DNA of 64,000 nt, taken from assembly GCA_938036315.1 (NCBI GenBank), contig CALHPK010000006.1, positions 111,926-175,925 of the forward strand, read 5' to 3'. Of the stretch, positions 57,613-64,000 are shown in pieces. Position 1 is the stretch's first letter. Each line of letters opens with the position of its first letter. The translations under genes and the position numbers were made by a program. Below the pieces are notes generated by a model. That model did not search any database and was not told the origin of the DNA. It saw only the letters and a program-made list of their open reading frames with translations. Source of the DNA: an uncultured bacterium (GTDB lineage Bacteria > Calescibacteriota > Calescibacteriia > Calescibacteriales > Calescibacteriaceae).

Positions 57613-58434
57613 ATGAAAAGACAGGAGAAAGAAGAGTTCGAGCCTGTTATAGCTAAAGGAAAAAGAAAAGAATTCTTCAAAGATAAAGTTATAGAATTCA
57701 CCGAAGATCTCTTCTATACTATTTCTGAAAGATGGAAAGAAGTTCTTGTCGGCTTTGCAGGAGTGATTCTTGCTGTAGGTCTGATACTTGGAGTATTTGA
57801 GTACAGAAAGAATAAAATTAAGAATGAATTTTTGACTTTTGAGAGCGCTTATCAATTAATTGTCTCATATGATATGACAAAAGACAGTAAATTTATTGAT
57901 GAGGCAGTAGCTAAGCTCTATCAAGTTCAGAGCAATCCTAAATACATATCGAAGGTATTTCTAGCATGGGCTCTTTCAAAGCAAGAAAAGTATAATGAAG
58001 CATCTGAGATACTGAATCAGATAATTTATGATGATAAATTAGTGTTAGGATTAAGAAAGTTGGCTACTGTGCTTAAGATAAATATTTTGGCTGGTAAAGA
58101 TTGTGAGGAAATTATAAAAACCTGGAAATTTATGAAAGATAAAGAAAAGAATTTGTCACCAGAGGAGATTGATAAAGCTTTTTCTGTTATACCTATTCCT
58201 ATAAGGACGTATTTTGAAATTATAAGATGTTCTGACAAAAACCCAGAAGTCTTGCAAGATTTGTTATATGAAATTGATTTTATGTATATGATAGAAAGGC
58301 TGGTATCTCAAGACAGAGCAAATATGTTTGTAGTTCTGAAAAATTATGCATATCAGCGGTTAAGGGGACTGCCCACAGGGCTGCCCACCACTGAATTTCC
58401 AATCCAACAACCTGAAAAATTGGAAAAACAATAA
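57613..58434 (+). CDS. membrane-anchored helical-repeat protein (YfgM-like)
   Basis: Charged N-terminus, one TM segment, then TPR-like helices. Confidence 0.5.
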   Translation: MKRQEKEEFEPVIAKGKRKEFFKDKVIEFTEDLFYTISERWKEVLVGFAGVILAVGLILGVFEYRKNKIKNEFLTFESAYQLIVSYDMTKDSKFIDEAVAKLYQVQSNPKYISKVFLAWALSKQEKYNEASEILNQIIYDDKLVLGLRKLATVLKINILAGKDCEEIIKTWKFMKDKEKNLSPEEIDKAFSVIPIPIRTYFEIIRCSDKNPEVLQDLLYEIDFMYMIERLVSQDRANMFVVLKNYAYQRLRGLPTGLPTTEFPIQQPEKLEKQ

Positions 58435-58455
58435 GATATAGTCAATGATTAACTA

Positions 58456-59574
58456 ATGCCTTACCTTGCTACACTCTTGATATCGCTCAATCTTCAGTTT
58501 CTATATTTCTTTAGACCAGCAGCTTACTATAACAATGTTTTTGCTATCGCTCCATTTATTTTCCCAGATAAATTAGCTGTCTTACCTACTGAAGGGAGAA
58601 TATTTGTGATATTAAGAGATCCTGCTTCAAGCATAAACTCTGTTGAGATAGATATTGGTAGAGAGCCTACTTCAGATATTGTCAGAATAGAAGATAATAC
58701 GCTTGGTTTCTGCACGGACAAGCCAGAGGTTATTTTTCTGAGTAAATATGGAATTGAATTGAGAGTTGATGCTGAATTCCCCTGTATCGTTCCTCCAATA
58801 AAATTTGGAGGTAAAATTTGGTTTGTTGATCTGAGGGGTAATTTATGCTCGATTGAGAGGGAACAAAAAGAAAGTAGAGATATCAAATGCTTCTCTCTTG
58901 ATGAAGAGTCAGTAAAGATAGCTCCAGAAATTATTAATCTGACCACTCCCCAGATGAAAGTATTTCAAGGAAACCTTTTTATAGCTTACAGAAATAAGTT
59001 ATTTGTTTTATCTGATGTTTCAAAGTATCAGCTTCTTGAGCTCCCTGGTATTTCAATATCCTCGTTCGAGCTAAGGGGCAGATATCTAGTTGTTACTACA
59101 GAAGATACTCTCTATCTTTTTGAAGTGTGGAAGAAAGGGGGTGTTATAGAGTACCGGAAGATTTTTGAAAAAACCCTAAAGAATATTTCTGGAATGGATT
59201 TCGATGGTCAAAATATTGTAGTATCCAGATGGGATGGATTTTCAATAGTAAATATTAGAGGTTTTACCAAGACTGTGAGGATAGCCAGCTTGTTTGACAC
59301 TTCGAATCCTATATTGTTAGGCGATCACGTGGTTTTTGCCGGAAGTTTTGGGAAGTATTTGAAATCTATATATCCGTATAAAAATTCTATCATTCTTGCT
59401 CGCTTTGAAGTCGTAGGTAATAAATACAAAGTTTCAATCGAAGAAGAAAAGATAATTCATTCTTTCCCCAAAAAGATAAGGAGGTTTGATGACAAAATCG
59501 CATTCATCACAGATGACGGGACTTTATACCTTTTCAGGATTTTTTCACCAGGATCCCCTCATCTTTCCCGATAG
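58456..59574 (+). CDS. exported beta-propeller protein (possibly BamB/PQQ-like)
   Basis: Signal-like N-terminus and repeating beta blades ending TEGRIF, LRGNL, TEDTLY and DDGTLY. Confidence 0.45.
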   Translation: MPYLATLLISLNLQFLYFFRPAAYYNNVFAIAPFIFPDKLAVLPTEGRIFVILRDPASSINSVEIDIGREPTSDIVRIEDNTLGFCTDKPEVIFLSKYGIELRVDAEFPCIVPPIKFGGKIWFVDLRGNLCSIEREQKESRDIKCFSLDEESVKIAPEIINLTTPQMKVFQGNLFIAYRNKLFVLSDVSKYQLLELPGISISSFELRGRYLVVTTEDTLYLFEVWKKGGVIEYRKIFEKTLKNISGMDFDGQNIVVSRWDGFSIVNIRGFTKTVRIASLFDTSNPILLGDHVVFAGSFGKYLKSIYPYKNSIILARFEVVGNKYKVSIEEEKIIHSFPKKIRRFDDKIAFITDDGTLYLFRIFSPGSPHLSR

Positions 59575-60088
59575 CATACTTTGAAAAAACTATCCCTAAG
59601 AATACTCCAAAAGAATTCATAAATATATCCTTCCATTCAAAGTATCTTCGTGGCAGTGGAAGAATGTTTTGGATTTGTAAGACTCCCTGTATTAACTCAT
59701 CTGTAAAACCAATAATTCCGCCTATGATGAATGCTATTATGTATTTGTAAGGAGAGGGAAGTTCAACAGCTTCGGTTAGTAAAAACCCAAGAAGACCATA
59801 CTCCAAAAAATGGATCCTCTCAGCAGGTATATCTATGCTGAATGTTATGATGATCCCCGATAGTAACAAATAAAATAGCCAGAAGTATCCTCTGGGGTTT
59901 GTGATGAATTTTAGTGTACCTTTTGTGATAATGACTAACCCAAGAATTATAAGAATGGTCATAAAGTAGTTGTAGTTTTTACCCGCTATACTTCTGAGAA
60001 GATCTACAAAATATGGAGCAAACGGCACAGTAAGGTAGATTACTCCGGTATACAGGAATATTATACCCCACAGTTTTTTTCTGTTCAT
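59534..60088 (-). CDS. VanZ-like family membrane protein
   Basis: ERIHFLEYGLLG, DELIQ and R.FEWKDIFMN. Confidence 0.8.
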   Translation of the reverse strand: MNRKKLWGIIFLYTGVIYLTVPFAPYFVDLLRSIAGKNYNYFMTILIILGLVIITKGTLKFITNPRGYFWLFYLLLSGIIITFSIDIPAERIHFLEYGLLGFLLTEAVELPSPYKYIIAFIIGGIIGFTDELIQGVLQIQNILPLPRRYFEWKDIFMNSFGVFLGIVFSKYAIGKDEGILVKKS

Positions 60089-60216
60089 AAAGTCATATCT
60101 AATTTTGTTATGATCAAGAATGATTTCATAATTAACTGAGAAAAGTCAAAATTTTTCCATCTTTTGTTTTTGCTTTTATAATTTATGAAAGGTTTATCCA
60201 AAGGAGGTAGATCATT

Positions 60217-60387
60217 ATGGCAATGAAGGAAGCTACATTGAAAAGGAGAAAGAGATTGAGAACTCATGGCTTTTTAAAGCGAATGGCAACTAAGTCTGGT
60301 AGAGAAATAATCAGAAGAAGACGAAAGAAGGGGAGATGGAGATTAACTCCAGGAATATATCACAAATTAAGAGCTGTTAGAAGATGA
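60217..60387 (+). CDS. rpmH: 50S ribosomal protein L34 (divergent termini)
   Basis: Manual translation [66 protein letters not shown]. Confidence 0.93.
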   Translation: MAMKEATLKRRKRLRTHGFLKRMATKSGREIIRRRRKKGRWRLTPGIYHKLRAVRR

Positions 60388-60389
60388 AA

Positions 60390-61301
60390 TTATTGTTCTA
60401 ACTTAAGCCTTCTTTTCAGTTCTTTTTTTGCTGACAGTAACATAGTTTTCTCATCAGGTATAAGACCAGTCCATATCTCAAAACTTTTTTTTCCTTGTAG
60501 AACGAGCATAAGTAGTCCATCCTGGGTTATGTATCCGTAGGATTTTGCGATTTTTTGAAATTCTGTGGGGACGTATATTGTATCGTAGAATAGCTTCTGG
60601 GGTTTACCTTTCCTTCTTTTTGTGGGTAACTTGCCTATGATGTCAAACAGATTTTCTCCTTTTTTCCAGCCTACAGAGGTTGCATTCACAATTATGTCAA
60701 ACTCTTCAAAATCTATTTTCCTTATATCTTGTATATCGATAGTGCTATTTTTGAATAGGTGCTCAGTATCTTCTTTTATTTTTTCTGCTCTCTCAAGGGT
60801 TCTGCCGAAAATTACTATCTTCTTTGCGTTGTTCTTTGCAGAAGAATAGACTATAGATCGGCTTACTCCTCCTGTACCTATTACAGCTATAGTGCTATCT
60901 TCGAGTTTGAATCCGGTCTTTTTGATAGACTCCTCAAATCCGTATATATCTGTATTGAAAGCTTTAATAGTTACTCTGCTTTTGTTTCGGATAAAAAGGA
61001 GTGTGTTTGCTGACTTGATATTGCTAACTTCTTCTGATGTTTCATCAGCTATTTTGTATGCTAATTCTTTATACGGAAGCGTTACATTAAGTCCCCTAAA
61101 TCCGAGCTCCACAGCGCTGTGTACAGCTTTTTCAAAATTTTCAACCTCAAAGGCAAGGTAAGCTCCTGAGATTTTAAGTTTCTTCATTACAGCATTGTGC
61201 ATTGCTGGAGAAAGGGAGTGAAAAGCTGGGAATCCAACAACTCCAAGATAGATGGGTTTGTTGTCGTGTTGGGACATGCTGAAATATTCTTTTCTGCTCA
61301 A
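60390..61301 (-). CDS. aroE: shikimate dehydrogenase
   Basis: HSLSPAMHN, NVTLPYK, NTD..G, NATSVG and GLLMLVLQG. Confidence 0.94.
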   Translation of the reverse strand: MSRKEYFSMSQHDNKPIYLGVVGFPAFHSLSPAMHNAVMKKLKISGAYLAFEVENFEKAVHSAVELGFRGLNVTLPYKELAYKIADETSEEVSNIKSANTLLFIRNKSRVTIKAFNTDIYGFEESIKKTGFKLEDSTIAVIGTGGVSRSIVYSSAKNNAKKIVIFGRTLERAEKIKEDTEHLFKNSTIDIQDIRKIDFEEFDIIVNATSVGWKKGENLFDIIGKLPTKRRKGKPQKLFYDTIYVPTEFQKIAKSYGYITQDGLLMLVLQGKKSFEIWTGLIPDEKTMLLSAKKELKRRLKLEQ

Positions 61302-61318
61302 TAATTTAGGATCTATAT

Positions 61319-61582
61319 TTATTTAACCTTTCTTACAAGGATGCGCCAAGTATTGTTGTCAATTTTTTCAGTCAGAAGAATTTCCTGACCATCTTGCTTC
61401 AGAGACAGCGGAACATTTTTTATTGGCTCTCCATCGTCAAGAATGACTTCTATAATTTGCCCTGGTGACATTTCTTCCATTCTAATTTTTGTTTTGACAT
61501 AATTGAGAGGGCAGGGAGTTCCTCTTAGGTTGAGAAATACATCTACCTTTAGATTCTGATTCGCATCTGAGATAGATGACAT
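61319..61582 (-). CDS. TusA/SirA family sulfur carrier
   Basis: LNLRGTPCPLN, G..IEVILDD and a short C-terminal beta strand. Confidence 0.88.
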   Translation of the reverse strand: MSSISDANQNLKVDVFLNLRGTPCPLNYVKTKIRMEEMSPGQIIEVILDDGEPIKNVPLSLKQDGQEILLTEKIDNNTWRILVRKVK

Positions 61583-61656
61583 AAAAATAGTTTTGCAATT
61601 TTACATCAGTATTTTATATTTTCAGAATTTTTGGGTTTTTCAGGTTTTATTTTTGT

Positions 61657-61708
61657 GCCGGGGCACGCTATGGTTGTATTGATTGCTGATGCTCGGTTGT
61701 GCCCCGGC
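61657..61708. other. GC-rich 10-bp inverted repeat between the porin and tusA
   Basis: GCCGGGGCAC (61657-61666) and GTGCCCCGGC (61699-61708) with a 32-nt loop. No U-tract on the minus strand. Confidence 0.5.
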
Positions 61709-61721
61709 TTCAGAAAACTTA

Positions 61722-62777
61722 TCAGAAGCTTACCTGTATATTTATTCTGATGATATCATTGTCCTTAGCAGGTTTTTCTCCACGGTGGACATAGTTCAGC
61801 TGTATTTTGGCATTGTGTTTCTCAATAAAGTAATTTACTCCACCTGTAATCTCATATTGTTCGTTATCATCTTTTTTAGTATCGGTGTCGTACCAGTCGA
61901 ACCTTGCCACAAGCTGGAGGGGCTTGATAATCTTGTAGCCTCCGGTCAGGTAGAATGTGTATGCATCTTTGCCTTTGTATTTACCTGTGGCAAATTCTCC
62001 GTAAGCGACTATTGGATCCATGCTGAACTTTAATTCTGCACCAACTCTTGAATTATCTACTTTGTCCTTTCCGATTTTGCTGTTGGCGTATGCTGCGCCA
62101 AGATGCAGTTCTTCAATGGGCTTTACTACTAATCTCCCGTAAAGATCAAACACATCGTTCACATCAAATTTATTTTGTCCTTCGCCGTTGAATACTCCAA
62201 CTGTTGGCAGAATTTTTATATTTTCAATTTTAAGATTCCCATTGAGTGTAAAACCTAAGTCCCTGAAATCAGCCCACTTGAACAGTGTGGAAAGTGCTGA
62301 GCGCTCCACAAAATCGAGCCTTGCTGTGGACTCCAATCCTTCCATACCGAATGGGGTTTTATATTGTCCGAAGTTGATTGAAATAAGTTCGTGTGGTTTT
62401 AAAGTGATGACAAAGTCTTGCAGTACGGATTTTCTACCAACATCAGTAACAACCGTTTTAGTAACGACTTGAGGTATTTCGATCTTTTCTGTTTTTACAT
62501 TTTCCACTACTGCGGCAGGATCGATCATCAGGGTCCATAGAACTTCGGGTCTTATTTGGCCTGATAGTCTTATTTCAGATCTGCGAAGTCGGAAGTAACT
62601 TTTGGGAGTTGCACTTTGGTCATGTAGGTACCAGAACTGCATCAGTCCGCCGATTCTGATTTTTCCGAATCCGGCTTCTACTTGTTGGGCAAGAGAATTT
62701 TTCTCAAAGCATAAAACGAGAACTGCAATTGCCGCCAAAGAAGCTATACATCTTTTTATCCTTATCCTTTCTTTCAT
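61722..62777 (-). CDS. outer-membrane porin (OprO/OprP-like beta-barrel)
   Basis: Signal peptide, FRLRRSEI, GQYKTPFGME, GVFNGEG, GVNYF and C-terminal Phe. AAGGAGGT SD. Confidence 0.85.
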   Translation of the reverse strand: MKERIRIKRCIASLAAIAVLVLCFEKNSLAQQVEAGFGKIRIGGLMQFWYLHDQSATPKSYFRLRRSEIRLSGQIRPEVLWTLMIDPAAVVENVKTEKIEIPQVVTKTVVTDVGRKSVLQDFVITLKPHELISINFGQYKTPFGMEGLESTARLDFVERSALSTLFKWADFRDLGFTLNGNLKIENIKILPTVGVFNGEGQNKFDVNDVFDLYGRLVVKPIEELHLGAAYANSKIGKDKVDNSRVGAELKFSMDPIVAYGEFATGKYKGKDAYTFYLTGGYKIIKPLQLVARFDWYDTDTKKDDNEQYEITGGVNYFIEKHNAKIQLNYVHRGEKPAKDNDIIRINIQVSF

Positions 62778-62802
62778 ATTCTTTACCTCCTTCCTCTATA
62801 AT

Positions 62803-62818
62803 AGCAAAAGATGTGCCA
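62803..62818 (-). promoter_or_regulatory. sigma54 (-24/-12) promoter of the porin gene
   Basis: Minus strand reads TGGCACATCTTTTGCT = TGGCAC-N5-TTGCT with exact GG-N10-GC spacing, just upstream of the SD. Confidence 0.8.
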
Positions 62819-63077
62819 GCCTTACTCTTTTTTGATGCAAAGAAATTTAGCCCTGTTAGCGAAGATGGACATTAAGCATCATCCTTTGTATCCTAATACA
62901 GGGGCAATTCTTTTGAGCATGCAAGATCTCTTGCTATGGCAGTAGACTATGTTCGTGCAAAAGTCAATATCAAAGATGAGACAGAATTTACATAGATGAG
63001 ACAATGCGGGTTGATAAATAATGAATATTTGGATTGTAACCGGCTCTGGTGCATGCTTCTTCTGAAACCATAAAGTT

Positions 63078-63968
63078 TTATCTTTGAGATTTTTCCTTGA
63101 AGTAATTGATAAGTTTTTCAGCTATTCTGTGACCTATTTGAGGATCGAGAAAATTGGCAGTTCCAATCTGAATGAGAATTGCTCCTGCATCCAAAAATTC
63201 TACAGCGTCTTTTTCTGAATATATTCCTCCACAGCCTATGATCTTTGCATCGGGAAATTTTTCTTTTGCCTCTATGATGCACCTTAAAGCTATGGGCTTC
63301 AGAACTGGACCTGACAGTCCTCCTTTGAAGAAGAATCCTTTCTGATCTCTCACAGCTGCTGGTATTGAATTTACAAGTGTAAAAGCATCTGCTCCTTCGT
63401 CTATTGCAGTTTTCATAAGATTTTTGATAATCTCAGAAAATGGTGAGAACTTTACTATGATTGGTCTTTTGGTAACCTTTCTTGTTTTGCGTACTATTTT
63501 TGCTACAGATTTTGTGTTTACTCCAAATTCTATTCCACCTTTTTCTGTATTTGGGCAAGAAAGATTAAGTTCGTAAGCATGCGGGGGGGTATCTGATTCA
63601 TTTTCTATGAATTTTATCACTTCTGCGTATTCCTTTTCGGTCTCGCCGAACACGTTCACTATAACCATAGTTGGAAGTCTCATTATCTGGGGGAGAATTT
63701 TTTCGGTGAAATGTTTTACACCTGGGTTTTGCAGTCCGATTGAATTTAGAAGTCCAATTGTTGTTCCATTTATGGAAAATTCCGAGATTCTCGGTGGAGG
63801 ATTTCCTTGTCTATCCCGCATAGATATACCTTTTGTTACTATTCCGCCAATTTTTGTAAAGTCTACTATACCTTCGAGCTCTATTCCGTATCCAGCGGTT
63901 CCGGAAGCTAAGATTACAGGGGATTCAAACTTGATATTTCCTATTTCTGCTTTAAACCAGTTTTGCAT
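63078..63968 (-). CDS. pyrD: dihydroorotate dehydrogenase, family 1 catalytic subunit
   Basis: LASGTAG, GNPPPR, NSIGLQNPG, ELNLSCPN, GGLSGP..KP and IGCGGI. Confidence 0.94.
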   Translation of the reverse strand: MQNWFKAEIGNIKFESPVILASGTAGYGIELEGIVDFTKIGGIVTKGISMRDRQGNPPPRISEFSINGTTIGLLNSIGLQNPGVKHFTEKILPQIMRLPTMVIVNVFGETEKEYAEVIKFIENESDTPPHAYELNLSCPNTEKGGIEFGVNTKSVAKIVRKTRKVTKRPIIVKFSPFSEIIKNLMKTAIDEGADAFTLVNSIPAAVRDQKGFFFKGGLSGPVLKPIALRCIIEAKEKFPDAKIIGCGGIYSEKDAVEFLDAGAILIQIGTANFLDPQIGHRIAEKLINYFKEKSQR

Positions 63969-64000
63969 TGTGCTTTGAATAATAGTTATAATCTATCAGG

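Noticed and set aside
60089-60216. oriC next to rpmH
   Set aside because: Only one imperfect DnaA box (TTATCCAAA at 60194) and no dnaA or dnaN nearby.
61657-61708. Intrinsic terminator for the porin
   Set aside because: The loop is 32 nt and the minus-strand tail is A-rich rather than U-rich; kept only as an inverted repeat.
704-63978. Numerous 60-165 aa ORFs antisense to or inside assigned genes (e.g. 1110..1583, 8087..8584, 38138..38620, 58527..58946)
   Set aside because: Ser/Phe/Ile-rich shadow frames of purine-rich coding strands, with no motifs or RBS.
1-64000. Prophage, defence island or integrative element
   Set aside because: No integrase, terminase, capsid, nuclease, toxin-antitoxin or DNA methyltransferase genes recognised.

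Overview
AT-rich, gene-dense bacterial chromosome segment, almost entirely housekeeping and metabolic genes. It comes from a diderm (Kdo transferase, GT9 glycosyltransferase, porin). The Lys/Glu/Ile-rich proteins suggest a thermophile (inference). I found about 50 CDS, one stand-alone 5S rRNA, tRNA-Trp(CCA), a possible MITE/IS remnant and many short intergenic tandem duplications. I saw no CRISPR array, prophage or intact transposase. Five things stand out. (1) The transcription machinery is divergent: the RpoD-like sigma after dnaG has a rewritten region 2.3-2.4 (YAVPWMQQ instead of YATWWIRQ), the alpha-CTD lacks the R265/N268 equivalents, many genes have a TAnnnT hexamer 6-7 nt before an SD-less ATG, and conserved operons are broken up. 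(2) A crotonyl-CoA carboxylase/reductase carries a four-Cys Zn-type motif. (3) galK is paired with a eukaryote-type UDP-sugar pyrophosphorylase. (4) A YihQ-like GH31 lacks the sulfonate-pocket residues and sits next to a fatty acyl-CoA ligase. (5) A porin has a sigma54-type promoter. All family calls rest on motif recognition by eye; no searches were run.
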